From the sequence record OQ718158.1: a DNA stretch of 64,000 bases; one strand, given 5' to 3'. This document shows, in pieces, positions 48,603-59,417 of this stretch (positions are counted from its first letter, which is position 1; each line of letters starts with the position of its first letter). The stretch is from Escherichia phage vB_Ec-M-J. The notes under the pieces are model-generated. The model saw only the letters and a program-made list of their open reading frames with translations, had not been told where the DNA came from and did not search any database. A program made the translations under genes and the position numbers.

Positions 48603-48630
48603 AAAGGGAGACTTATGTCTCCCTTTTTTA
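48603..48630. terminator. bidirectional intrinsic terminator between convergent genes
   Basis: gggagac-ttat-gtctccc flanked by A-rich 5' and T-rich 3'. Confidence 0.65.
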
Positions 48631-50595
48631 TTATCTTAATGTAACCAGTGTACGTCCGGCAAATCTCACATCAGGAGTTGCAGGAATACTGAACACTACG
48701 CTTGTTCCATTGAATGTGACACTATCAACTTCAACACGAGTGTAAACACCAGTACTTACGAGTTCTTGAATTTCAGCAGTTACTATGTTACTAGCAGTTA
48801 CTGTTAATGTGTAATATGAGCCGTTTAAAACCCACGCTGACGCAGTAAACGGGTCAGTACGTACAGAACCAGAACCAATTGGAACCCATTGTCCTTGGAC
48901 CTTCTGCATCGATGTACGTTCGGTATTTGAGTATGCAATCATACCATCAACACCAACTGAGTTATCAATTGTAGCCAGTACTGGTAATTGAATACCATAT
49001 CGGTTGAAACGAGTACGAATAACACCGTTATCATATATACTTACATCAGCATAACTTCCCATAGTGAAACGTAAGTCTGCACCAAGTAGTTTTATATCAC
49101 TTTGGTTTGTAGTACTTTCTAATGTGAATACACCATTCTCTAGTAAGTTTATGTTTTTGAATTTGTTATTAGTTCCATTGAAATTAGTATTTGCATTATA
49201 AGTACTAACACCATTAACTGTAATAGTGTCACCAGTAGTGTCACCTAGTGTTGTATTACCTTTAACAACTAAATTCCCGCTGGCATTGATGTTACCTGCG
49301 TTTAAATCACCAGTTAGTGATGTTGAACCATCTACAATAATATTTCCATGAAAATGTGATTCACCATTTTTAAATTCAACTTGAACTTTATTCATTGAAC
49401 TTAAAGAAATAATATTACTACTTGCACTTATCCCTACGTTTGTGTTTGATGCATTATCAAAACGTATTACTGGCGTAGCTGCTGGTGTAGCGGTAGTTTG
49501 GAATAATGTTAATGTTCCATTATTAATTCTAACACGCTCAGTTCCGGCTGTTGTAAAACCAATTGCATCATCTGCTGGATGGAATATACCAGTATTAGCA
49601 TCGGACCACTTAGTTGGGTCATTACCTGGGTTGTTCGTTGGGTCAAACGGATTATTATTAAATGTCAATGCTGGTGCTGCTGCACTGCCATACACCACCC
49701 CAAAACGCCCAGAGCCGTCTGTTCCATCATTATACATGGAATCGCCAGTTCTACGTAAACACTCAATCACAACGTTATCTATGGATGTTTGAACGGTCCC
49801 TGCGTTTGTTCTAAATTGGCGATGATTTGCAATCATTACAGTATTGTCATATAATACTGAAGCAGCGGAAATGCTTGTTCTTGACTGACGAAGACGTATA
49901 TTCTTATCTTCAGTTATAATAATCCAATCACCATCTGAAAGTGCAGTTTGGTTCATTGGAACACCAGATGCAAATGGTTTGGTCAAGTCAGTATCTGTTG
50001 CTAAATTTTCAAGGCCATCATGTCCAGTACTGGGAATAGATGCAGTAATAATTCTAGCAAAAGCGTATGTTACTAGTTTAGCACCAGATATATTTGGATT
50101 AGAGTCAACATAATATAAAATTTCAATCCAATTACCTTGTCCAGTTGGATTTGTAGGTGTAAATGTAACAGGACTTGTTTGTGGATTATTTGCTTCATAA
50201 TGTGCTTGTGCTGCATCCATTATACCACGAACGACATAATAATCACCATTAAGCGATGGTGATGGTGCTGGTAGTGGAGTTTGTGCTAAAGGTGGATCGA
50301 TATCATCTGGGATGGGATTATATGTACCAACAAATTGTAAACCACTAGTTACTGAATCTGGTAATTGGGAAGTAAGAAGTTTACCGTTTGCATCTAGGTT
50401 TGCAAAACGTCGATATGCCATTGAACCATCTTCAAAGTCTAGTACACCTTCAAATGCTTTCCATCCTTTATTGTATCTAATCATCCCTGATCTAACCACA
50501 TCAGCGGTTTCTTTAGTCGGTGCTTTAGGTAATTCTAGAAATGCCTGACTATCTATAATTACACCACCATCACCTCTAATTCGATTTATACTCAT
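48631..50595 (-). CDS. putative tail fibre protein
   Basis: 654 aa; Gly/Asn/Thr-rich central repeats. Confidence 0.5.
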   Translation of the reverse strand: MSINRIRGDGGVIIDSQAFLELPKAPTKETADVVRSGMIRYNKGWKAFEGVLDFEDGSMAYRRFANLDANGKLLTSQLPDSVTSGLQFVGTYNPIPDDIDPPLAQTPLPAPSPSLNGDYYVVRGIMDAAQAHYEANNPQTSPVTFTPTNPTGQGNWIEILYYVDSNPNISGAKLVTYAFARIITASIPSTGHDGLENLATDTDLTKPFASGVPMNQTALSDGDWIIITEDKNIRLRQSRTSISAASVLYDNTVMIANHRQFRTNAGTVQTSIDNVVIECLRRTGDSMYNDGTDGSGRFGVVYGSAAAPALTFNNNPFDPTNNPGNDPTKWSDANTGIFHPADDAIGFTTAGTERVRINNGTLTLFQTTATPAATPVIRFDNASNTNVGISASSNIISLSSMNKVQVEFKNGESHFHGNIIVDGSTSLTGDLNAGNINASGNLVVKGNTTLGDTTGDTITVNGVSTYNANTNFNGTNNKFKNINLLENGVFTLESTTNQSDIKLLGADLRFTMGSYADVSIYDNGVIRTRFNRYGIQLPVLATIDNSVGVDGMIAYSNTERTSMQKVQGQWVPIGSGSVRTDPFTASAWVLNGSYYTLTVTASNIVTAEIQELVSTGVYTRVEVDSVTFNGTSVVFSIPATPDVRFAGRTLVTLR

Positions 50596-50639
50596 TTAAA
50601 TATTTCCTCAGAATAGATTATATATTAAGTATTTATTTT

Positions 50640-50671
50640 AGATAAAAGAAAAGGCCAACCATAGTTGACCT
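50640..50671 (-). terminator. intrinsic terminator (minus strand)
   Basis: Minus-strand hairpin ggtcaac-tat-ggttggcc with one G-U, then cttttctttt. Confidence 0.5.
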
Positions 50672-50685
50672 TTAAAAAATATAAA

Positions 50686-51465
50686 TTAACGAGTACGCTC
50701 AGGAATATCAATACCTTCATATACCCAAATTGCAGCTTGTTGTGCTTTATAAATTGCATCAGGATCTAAATCATCAACTGCATCAATGTCAGCACATTGC
50801 TTATTACACTCTGCAAATAGAGATTCAACCATAGCAAATGCTTCAGTGTATAGTTGAGTCATTTCAGCAGCAGATAGTTTTACAATTGCGTCATCAAGGA
50901 AAATCGAAACGCTATCAGAACCGGAAGTTACTTGTGTATAATAATTAAGAAGCATTTGACGACCAGCTAGATCAGTACTATAACGATGACCGTTAAACAT
51001 ATAACCAGCATTAATACGATCACTACGAGATGATACTGTGCGTGCTTTCAGATCAGATTTAACTGCTGCAATGTCCATATCAACATAATTATAAGTTTTC
51101 AGTACTGTTAACTCTTTATATTCACCTTCTGCTTCTTCTAAGAATGTGATGACTGGTTGATTACTATCTTGTAGTTTAATATATTCCAAATTCTCATTAA
51201 TTGCGTTCACATTACCAACATTCTTATATTCCAACCACCAGAAACCCTCTTCTTTACGAACAGCGTTATTAGGTTCAATTTCAGAACCATCTTTACTTGA
51301 AATACCATAAAGTGCACGAATATCGCTGTACAAATAACGATATGTTTGTTCATCATCAGGAGTTGCCCCAGGGCGTTCTTTTAAACCCTTAACACCAACT
51401 GGGTTGGAGATGATGTTACCCAATTCATAATTTTCTTTAGAACTACCTTTTACATATGTAAACAT
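50686..51465 (-). CDS. hypothetical structural protein
   Basis: 259 aa; between fibre genes. Confidence 0.5.
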   Translation of the reverse strand: MFTYVKGSSKENYELGNIISNPVGVKGLKERPGATPDDEQTYRYLYSDIRALYGISSKDGSEIEPNNAVRKEEGFWWLEYKNVGNVNAINENLEYIKLQDSNQPVITFLEEAEGEYKELTVLKTYNYVDMDIAAVKSDLKARTVSSRSDRINAGYMFNGHRYSTDLAGRQMLLNYYTQVTSGSDSVSIFLDDAIVKLSAAEMTQLYTEAFAMVESLFAECNKQCADIDAVDDLDPDAIYKAQQAAIWVYEGIDIPERTR

Positions 51466-51487
51466 ATAACTACCTCACTTGTTAAGA

Positions 51488-51520
51488 TGGTGTCACCATA
51501 ATTGATGACACCGTTTTTTT
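51488..51520 (+). other. hairpin with plus-strand T8 tract in a minus-strand gene block
   Basis: ggtgtca...tgacacc followed by gttttttt on plus strand; no U-tract for minus-strand transcripts. Confidence 0.4.
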
Positions 51521-51530
51521 ATTATAATTA

Positions 51531-54500
51531 TTAAGCAGTACGTTGTGCAATGAACAAATCAGTAACTGGACTTACACCATCATAAATTACTTGGTAAATG
51601 GTCACGCTACCAGCAGTTTTGTTTAGTTCACCATCAACAACAGCATAAGTACCATCAGTTGTAAAGTTTCTGTTACCAGTTGCATCTTGTTTAACATAGA
51701 TGTATACTGATGCAGCTTTACCGCCACCAATTAGGCCAGTAATTGGAGCCAACGTGGTATCTTGGTCTAGAGTGATGAAGTATACGTTACTTGTACCATC
51801 TGGAGTCCATGTTCCGGTTGGAGCAATTACTGATGATGTAACTTGAGTTGGGATTACATCATACTTTTTGGTAGTTACTGTTGTAGTAGTTAAGTTAGCA
51901 TTAGTAGTGGTTAGTTCACCAGTCACTGTTACTGCCTTATCAAACACAGCATTTTCTTTAAATGATGAAGTTGCATTAACGGTTAGAACGTCAGCCGCTG
52001 CGTCACCTAATGTTACGTTACCATTCACAGTTAGTGCTCCACCTACTGTTGCGTTACCAGTAATGGATGCACTTGCAAGTGTAGCCAAACCTGATGTTGT
52101 AATTGTAGAAACGGTTGTTGCAGCGAATCCAGCAGTACCAGTTGCAGTGATATTGCCACCCACTGTTATGTTACCCGCAGTGGTCACTGCACCAGTGATA
52201 TTTGCACCACTTGACATAGTTACTAAACCACCAAATGAACCAGTAGTAGTAACTTCTAAAGTATTACCTTTAAGTAATCCAGTTGCAGTGATGGAAGTAC
52301 CAGCAGTAATTGCAGTACCTGCACTTAATGTGGTTCCAGCAGCTACGTTGTTAGCTGCAGTCAAAGACTTAACAGCTACATCGGAATCTGCTTGGTTCAA
52401 TTGTGCATTTAGTACGCCAGTAACAGTGAAGTTACCGTTGTTTACAACGTTACCATTAACGATTAGGTTGTTGTTTTGTGAACCGACTTCACCAATGGTT
52501 GCAGCCTTGGATATAAGTGATGCACCAGATGTAATATCACTTGCTGCCTGTATTGTTTGTTCGGCAACAATTGCATATGGTTCAATTGTTTGACCACTAA
52601 CATCAATATCAGCATTTATACCACCGTCAACACGCAAGGAACCTGCGATGAACGTATTTGGAAAAATCTGTACTGTTTCTGGGTTTTCACCAGTTTGTGT
52701 ACCAATTACAACATTTGCTCCAGTTTTCACTGCACCAGCAGTTGTGATAGAACCGAGTGTAGTAGCACCAGTTACTGATAGTGTTCCACCTATGGTTGCA
52801 TTGTTTGTTACTATTAAGCCAGTACCTGTACCATTAAAGGTAGACGATGGTGCTGAAATTGCACCAGTAACACCAAGAGAACCACCAACAGTTGCATTAC
52901 CATCTGAATGAATGGTTGTTGCGACAGAAATACTATTTGCAACAACATCAGTACTGGAAAGATCCAAACTACCAGGAGTTAATGTACCAGCAACAGTTAC
53001 ATCATCACTGAATGTAGCTGCACCAGTTACACCTAGTGTAGTACTAAAGTTACCGGATGTTGATGTAATACCAGATGTTACAATAGATCCCGCAGTTGCA
53101 GTTCCAGTTACATCAAGTGTTCCACCTATGGTTGCATTATTAGTAACAGATAGAGCAGTTCCTGAACCATTTAGTGTTACAGATGGAGCAGATACTACAC
53201 CAGTTACACCCAAATCGCCACCAACAGTTGTGTTACCGTCGGAATGCATGGTTGTTGCTACAGAAATACTATTTGCAGTAATATCAGATGATGCTAAATT
53301 CAAACCACCAGCAGGTGTAAATGTACCATTTACGGTTACATCCCCAGTAAAGGTTGAATCTCCTGACACATCAACTGTTGTTGTCGAAACACCACCATTT
53401 AAGTTTGTTAAACCAGTGACACTTAGTGTTCCACCAACCGTTGCGTTGTTGTTAACAGTTAAGCCAACACCTGGTCCAGTTAAGGACGCAGAAGGACTTG
53501 TTATTGCCCCACCAAAAGATGCAGTTCCAACAGAACTTATAGTTGTGGAAGATGATAATGATTTAACTTCAACATCAGATGCTGATAAATCAACACCACC
53601 ACTTGCAGTAAGTAATCCATCAACTTGTAAGGTTCCACCAAGTGTTGCTGCACCAGTACTAGATAGTGTATTTGTACTTACTGATGTTGCAGACAAACTA
53701 CCAGTATTAACAGTACCTAGTGTTGTTATGCCAGTTACGTTTAATGTACCATTTAAAACAGACGCCTTTGTAACAGACAAACTATCAATTGTAGCTGGAC
53801 CAGAAACATCGATAGTTTCTGCATCTAAACTACTTAATGTTGATGCACCAATTACATTAAGTGTTGTTGCAGCTTCTACACTGTTTACCACAAGATCAGC
53901 ACCAGCAAGATTCAAACCACCTTCTGGTATAAATTCACCTTTAACAGTTAATTTCTGAACAGTACTGTCACCTGAAATATCCAACGCAGATGCTGCTACG
54001 CCACCATTAAATGTACTTTGACCAGTAACTGCTAAAGTTGTTCCAACTGTTGCACTGTTTAGTGCTGCATTACCACTTATTGATGCGGCAGGTGCGGTTA
54101 TTGTACCTTCATCCAACTGCAACCCACCAGAAACAACTTGAACACCACCAGTTGCTACTGTAACTTTACCAGCGGTATTAACAGTACCAGATGTGGATAC
54201 TGCACCGACAAGAGTTGAAGTACCATTAACTGTCAAATTACCAGAAATTTCAGGACTACCAGTAACAATACCAGTTGTTAGAACCAAATCTCCACCAACA
54301 GTTGTTGAACCAGTACTTGCTAGTGTTGAAGCTGTGATATCAGCGGAACTTAGATCAATAGATCCATCAACACTAATATCCCCACCAACATGCACGTTTC
54401 CTAATGAATCTAACGATTTAACGGTCACATCAGTTGTGCTTAAGTCAATTATACCAGCAGTTAGTGTGCCAGATACAGCCAAATCACCAGTGATTGCAGT

Positions 54501-57497
54501 GCTTTTTGCAATTTCGATAGTATCATCAGCAGTTGTAATACTACCCACAGTTAGTGTACCGTTTATCGTTGCATTATTATCAACAACCAAACCTTCACCA
54601 ATAGCATTTAACGCAATACTAGTAGCAGTTACTTGAGTAGCTGATACACTCTGTAGTGTGCTATTTCCAGTTGCTTCAATGGTTGCTGCTCTAACCGAAC
54701 CAATTGTTGCATCTGTACTAATTAGTTTTGGTAAAGTACTTGAATTTACTGAATCACTTACTGTGATTACACCAGTACTATTAATGGTTTCAGCACTTGT
54801 TAGTGATTTAACAGTTACGTCAGCAGAACTAAGGTCAACTGTTCCTGATACAACTAAATCACCACCAATATTTGCACCTTCAGTTGTGGTAATTGATTTA
54901 GCATTAATATCAGTTGTTGCTAAGTCAATTGAACCAGGAGTTAAAACACCACTAACAGTTAGGTTACCTGTAATTGTTGTATCATTACTAATTTCAACAC
55001 CACCAGCATTAAAAATAACTGGCGTTTCAACAGAAATAGATTTCACATTACCACTTGCGACGACAGATGCTAATGAAGATGCTCCTGTAATATTTAAAGC
55101 AACACTGTTTGTTGTTGTAGCAGTTATAGTTCCAATACTTGCTTCAGTACTTGATAATTTAGGTAGAACACTAGTACCATTTAGATCATTACTAACGACT
55201 GGACCAGTACTTGTTAGTGATTTAACAGTTACATCTGCCGCACTAAGGTCAACTGTTCCTGATACAACTAAATCACCACCAATATTTGCACCCTCGGATG
55301 TGGCAATTGATTTAGCAGAAACGTCAGTTGTGCTTAGGTCAATTGAACCAGGAGTTACCGAACCACTTACTGTCAAGTTTCCATCAATTAAAGTATTATT
55401 TGTAATAGATACACCTGCTGGGTTAGAAATACTATCAGCTTGAACTACAACAGCAGTAACTTTACCAGAAGAATTTAAGTTAACAACACTAGAATTACCA
55501 CTAACTGTCAAATCTGTAATGGTTGCATCACTAACAGTTGCGTTTGTTGCAGTTAAATCAGTACTTGATAATTTAGGTAGAACACTAGTACCAGTTAGAT
55601 CATTACTAACGACTGGACCAGTACTGGTTAATGATTTAACAGTTACGTCTGCTGCACTCAAATCAACCACACCATCAACAGTTAAGTTACCATTAACAGT
55701 TACACCCTCTGTTACAGTTACAGACTTAGCAGCAACGTCAGTTGTGCTTAGGTCAATTGAACTAGGAGTTAGCGTTCCTTGAATAACAACATCATTTTCA
55801 AATGTGGTATTACCGGAAATTGTTGGCGAAGTTAATGTAGTTGTTGAAATTGAATCTGCACTTACGGAATCTGCACTTATTTCACCCGTTGATGTGATTT
55901 TTGGTGAAGTAATTTCAGTTGATGCTGAAATTGTTGGTGCTGAAACTAAAGTTGTTGCAGATACTGAATTTGAGTTAATAGTATTGGTATTTAGTACATT
56001 ACTAAGAACCATCGAACTACCATTAATTTCACCAGTTACACCAAGAGTTCCACCGATTGACGCATTACCAGTGCTTTCTAAGGTCACTGCTTTCACCAAT
56101 GTTGATGCATTAATCGAATTAGGAGTTAGGTCTTGACCACTTACATCAACAGTTAGGCCAGTTACTACACCAGTAAAGTCAACATCGTTTAAAATAGTCT
56201 TACCACCAACTCTTAGTTGTGGTGTGTTTGGGTCTTGTACCGCATTACCAGTAATTGTTAGGTAATCTAGTTTGTTTAGACCATTACCTGTGATACCGTA
56301 AGTAGCCAAAGATGCGTTACCAAAAGTTGCTGTTTTTAGAACATTTAATGTCGCTGGAGAAACAACTTCAGATTGTATTTCGTTTTGTAGTATTACTGTT
56401 GGACGTAAACCAGTACCAGTATATGCAAACGAAATTCTAGCAGCCGGATCTGCTACGTTTTGTCCTAAACTTACTGCTTTAAGTGTCGCAGTACTATTAA
56501 AACCAGTAATGTTACCACCTAAAGATACAGCACCACCTAATGAAGATGTACCAGAAACATTTAATGTTAGTGCGTTCAAATCATCCAATTGGAATGTACC
56601 ACCTAATGTTCCAGCGATATTAATATCATTAAAGTTTGCAGTACCTGAACTTTCGATATTAGGAATGGTTGCAGTTCCAGTTACTTCAAAATCATGAACT
56701 TTAGTTTTTCCAGATTTTACCTCCAACAATGGTGTTGTTGGGTCTTGAACAGCATTACCTGAAACTGTCAAGTAATCTAGTTTGTTTAGACCATTACCAG
56801 TGATACCATATGTTGAAAGTGATGCGTTACCAAATGATGCAGTAGAAAGAACTGTCAATTTTGCTGGTGACATCAACTCTGATTGAATTTCGTTTTGTAA
56901 TAGTACAGTTGGTCTTTGACCAGGAACAGTATAGCCAAAGTTAAGTCTATACGCTTGACCTGCCGCATCCGGTCCAATACGAACATCACGGAAGTTTGCA
57001 GTACTGTTTATACCAGTAATGTTTGCACCCAACGTAACTGCACCTTGTAGACCAGTAGTCCCAGACACATTAAGTGTTGTAGCATTAATATCAGAAAGAT
57101 TAAAAGTACCACCAAGTGTACCAGAAATGTTTACATCTTTAAAAGTTGCTGTGCCAGTTGAAGTAATATCAGTTGATTCAACAGAATCAAATGATCCTGA
57201 ATTAGCTTCTAAGTTATCAAATTTTGCAGTTGTTCCGACAGCAGCAGTAATGTTTCCTGCAAATGTCGCAGCACCTGAAACATCAGCACCAGCGGATAAG
57301 GTTGCCTTACCAGCAACATCCAATGTACCTGTGACATTCACAGTACCAGCGGTAATTGCAGTGAATACTGCGTTAGCAAAAGACACTTCCCCATTAACCG
57401 TTAGGTCATTACTGAATACTGCATTACCTTTGACCAAAAGATCCTTACCTACCGTGGAATTACCAGATACGTCAAGATCCGTTTTAATCGAGTACAT
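51531..57497 (-). CDS. giant repetitive fibre protein (intact paralog)
   Basis: 1988 aa; Thr/Gly/Ser/Val-rich beta-helix-like repeats with internal duplications of about 170 aa. Confidence 0.6.
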   Translation of the reverse strand: MYSIKTDLDVSGNSTVGKDLLVKGNAVFSNDLTVNGEVSFANAVFTAITAGTVNVTGTLDVAGKATLSAGADVSGAATFAGNITAAVGTTAKFDNLEANSGSFDSVESTDITSTGTATFKDVNISGTLGGTFNLSDINATTLNVSGTTGLQGAVTLGANITGINSTANFRDVRIGPDAAGQAYRLNFGYTVPGQRPTVLLQNEIQSELMSPAKLTVLSTASFGNASLSTYGITGNGLNKLDYLTVSGNAVQDPTTPLLEVKSGKTKVHDFEVTGTATIPNIESSGTANFNDINIAGTLGGTFQLDDLNALTLNVSGTSSLGGAVSLGGNITGFNSTATLKAVSLGQNVADPAARISFAYTGTGLRPTVILQNEIQSEVVSPATLNVLKTATFGNASLATYGITGNGLNKLDYLTITGNAVQDPNTPQLRVGGKTILNDVDFTGVVTGLTVDVSGQDLTPNSINASTLVKAVTLESTGNASIGGTLGVTGEINGSSMVLSNVLNTNTINSNSVSATTLVSAPTISASTEITSPKITSTGEISADSVSADSISTTTLTSPTISGNTTFENDVVIQGTLTPSSIDLSTTDVAAKSVTVTEGVTVNGNLTVDGVVDLSAADVTVKSLTSTGPVVSNDLTGTSVLPKLSSTDLTATNATVSDATITDLTVSGNSSVVNLNSSGKVTAVVVQADSISNPAGVSITNNTLIDGNLTVSGSVTPGSIDLSTTDVSAKSIATSEGANIGGDLVVSGTVDLSAADVTVKSLTSTGPVVSNDLNGTSVLPKLSSTEASIGTITATTTNSVALNITGASSLASVVASGNVKSISVETPVIFNAGGVEISNDTTITGNLTVSGVLTPGSIDLATTDINAKSITTTEGANIGGDLVVSGTVDLSSADVTVKSLTSAETINSTGVITVSDSVNSSTLPKLISTDATIGSVRAATIEATGNSTLQSVSATQVTATSIALNAIGEGLVVDNNATINGTLTVGSITTADDTIEIAKSTAITGDLAVSGTLTAGIIDLSTTDVTVKSLDSLGNVHVGGDISVDGSIDLSSADITASTLASTGSTTVGGDLVLTTGIVTGSPEISGNLTVNGTSTLVGAVSTSGTVNTAGKVTVATGGVQVVSGGLQLDEGTITAPAASISGNAALNSATVGTTLAVTGQSTFNGGVAASALDISGDSTVQKLTVKGEFIPEGGLNLAGADLVVNSVEAATTLNVIGASTLSSLDAETIDVSGPATIDSLSVTKASVLNGTLNVTGITTLGTVNTGSLSATSVSTNTLSSTGAATLGGTLQVDGLLTASGGVDLSASDVEVKSLSSSTTISSVGTASFGGAITSPSASLTGPGVGLTVNNNATVGGTLSVTGLTNLNGGVSTTTVDVSGDSTFTGDVTVNGTFTPAGGLNLASSDITANSISVATTMHSDGNTTVGGDLGVTGVVSAPSVTLNGSGTALSVTNNATIGGTLDVTGTATAGSIVTSGITSTSGNFSTTLGVTGAATFSDDVTVAGTLTPGSLDLSSTDVVANSISVATTIHSDGNATVGGSLGVTGAISAPSSTFNGTGTGLIVTNNATIGGTLSVTGATTLGSITTAGAVKTGANVVIGTQTGENPETVQIFPNTFIAGSLRVDGGINADIDVSGQTIEPYAIVAEQTIQAASDITSGASLISKAATIGEVGSQNNNLIVNGNVVNNGNFTVTGVLNAQLNQADSDVAVKSLTAANNVAAGTTLSAGTAITAGTSITATGLLKGNTLEVTTTGSFGGLVTMSSGANITGAVTTAGNITVGGNITATGTAGFAATTVSTITTSGLATLASASITGNATVGGALTVNGNVTLGDAAADVLTVNATSSFKENAVFDKAVTVTGELTTTNANLTTTTVTTKKYDVIPTQVTSSVIAPTGTWTPDGTSNVYFITLDQDTTLAPITGLIGGGKAASVYIYVKQDATGNRNFTTDGTYAVVDGELNKTAGSVTIYQVIYDGVSPVTDLFIAQRTA
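56117..57137 (-). repeat. intragenic tandem repeat (two units of about 510 bp) in the 1988-aa fibre gene
   Basis: Conserved core ggtaatctagtttgtttagaccattacc at 56262-56287 and 56772-56797; similar units in the 1049-aa gene. Confidence 0.7.
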
Positions 57498-57592
57498 AGA
57501 GTCCCCTCCTATAACGATGAACTATATATTCATAACCCATCTTTTGTTAATATACTTATATTTAGTTTAATTCACAAAAACACTATTATCTA

Positions 57593-57628
57593 ATACAAAA
57601 GAAAAAGCCAACTAAAAAAGTTGGCTTT
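57593..57628 (-). terminator. intrinsic terminator (minus strand)
   Basis: Minus-strand agccaact-ttttt-agttggct followed by ttttcttttgt. Confidence 0.6.
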
Positions 57629-57646
57629 AATTATTAATTTAAAATG

Positions 57647-59395
57647 TTATACACGTTGTGCAACGAAGGTATCAAACACAGTACTGAAACCATCATAGAT
57701 TACTTGGATAATACTTGTTTGACCAACTACAGCACTTACTGTACCAGAAACTACAGAGTATGCACCACCGAAGGTGAAAGTAGTATCAGCAACAGTTGGA
57801 GTTACATAGATATACACTGAACATGCTTGACCACTACCAATTAGACCCGCGATGGAATCCATTGTAACACTTTGGTCAAGAGTTAAGCGATATACGTTAG
57901 TAGTACCATCTGGTGTCCAAGTACCACCTACAGCAGCAGTAGAAGCAGTAACACTAGCAGGGATAACAGAATATTTCTTAGTTACCATGTTGTTTGTAGT
58001 GAAGTTTGCAGTGGTGGTGTTAATAGAACCAGTCACTGTTAGGTTCTTATCAAATGTTGCGTTCTCTTTAAATGTAGATGTTGCATTTACAGTTAAAGTA
58101 TCAGCAGCAGCATCACCAATCACAGTGTTACCATTTGCAGTTAATGTACCACCTACAGTTAGAGCACCAGTTACAGATGCACTTGCAAGGGTAGCTAAAC
58201 CTGATGTTGTAATGGTAGAAACGGTTGTTGCACCGAATCCAGCAGTACCAGTTGCAGAGATATTACCACCTACTGTTAGGTCACCAGCAGTGATACCAAC
58301 AGTACCAGTGATGTTTGCACCACTTGACATAGTTACTGCACCACCAAATGAACCAGTAGTGGTGACTTCTAACGAATTACCTTTTAGTAAGCCTGATGCA
58401 GTGATGGATGTTCCAGCAGTGATTGAAGTACCAGCCGCAACGTTATTAGTTGCAGTTAAAGATTTAACAGCTACATCGGAATCTGCTTGGTTCAATTGTG
58501 CATTTAGTACACCAGTAACGGTGAAGTCACCATTAGTTACTACGTTACCATTAACAGTTAGGTTGTTGTTTTGTGAACCAACATCACCAATTGTTGCAGC
58601 TTTAGAAACGATGGTTGCACCAGAAGTAATGTTACCAACAGCAGATAGTGTTGCAGCAGCTTCAATTGCATATGGTTCTAGTGTTTGACCACTTACGTCG
58701 ATTTCAGCGTTAATACCACCGATTACACGCAATTTACCAGCAATATAAGTATCTGGAATGATCTGTACAGTTTCAGGTTGTTCACCAACTGGAGTACCAA
58801 CAGTTAGGGTTGTACCAGTTTTCACTGCACCAGTAGCTGTTAGTGAAGATACAGTAGTTGCACCAGTAACACCTAGAGTTCCAGTTACACCCAAATTACC
58901 ACCAACTGATGCGTTTGCAGTAGAAGTTAAACTTCCAACAGTTGCTAGACCAGATGCAGTCACAGTAGAAGTACTAACACCACCACTTAGAGTACTTAGG
59001 CCAGTTGCATTGATAGTTGTCGCAGTAGTTAGACTATTAGCAGTAATGTCTGCACCGCTTAGGTCAAGACCACCTTGTGGGATCAATTCACCTTGGACAG
59101 TTAGTTTCTGAACAGTACTGTCACCAGAAACTGTTAGTGATGTCGCAGATACACCTGCTAGAGTAGAAGCACCAGTTACACCTAAAGTTCCAGTAATGGA
59201 AGTTCCTGCTAGAGTAGAAGCACCAGAAACGTTAATTGTGTTAGTATTGATACCACCATCAACTACCTGAATACCACCAGTACTCACTGTTACTTTCTTA
59301 CCGATATTAACAATATCAGTTAGGTTAACAGCACCAGTTACACCAAGAGTTCCACCGATTGTTGTATTACCAGAGATAGCTGGGCTACCAGTCAC
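57647..59395 (-). CDS. fibre protein C-terminal part (paralog, frame-disrupted)
   Basis: 582 aa from a GTG; frame open upstream to 59434; collinear with the C-terminal third of the 1988-aa protein. Confidence 0.5.
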   Translation of the reverse strand: MTGSPAISGNTTIGGTLGVTGAVNLTDIVNIGKKVTVSTGGIQVVDGGINTNTINVSGASTLAGTSITGTLGVTGASTLAGVSATSLTVSGDSTVQKLTVQGELIPQGGLDLSGADITANSLTTATTINATGLSTLSGGVSTSTVTASGLATVGSLTSTANASVGGNLGVTGTLGVTGATTVSSLTATGAVKTGTTLTVGTPVGEQPETVQIIPDTYIAGKLRVIGGINAEIDVSGQTLEPYAIEAAATLSAVGNITSGATIVSKAATIGDVGSQNNNLTVNGNVVTNGDFTVTGVLNAQLNQADSDVAVKSLTATNNVAAGTSITAGTSITASGLLKGNSLEVTTTGSFGGAVTMSSGANITGTVGITAGDLTVGGNISATGTAGFGATTVSTITTSGLATLASASVTGALTVGGTLTANGNTVIGDAAADTLTVNATSTFKENATFDKNLTVTGSINTTTANFTTNNMVTKKYSVIPASVTASTAAVGGTWTPDGTTNVYRLTLDQSVTMDSIAGLIGSGQACSVYIYVTPTVADTTFTFGGAYSVVSGTVSAVVGQTSIIQVIYDGFSTVFDTFVAQRV

Positions 59396-59417
59396 AACAC
59401 CAGTTGTTAGTACTAGA

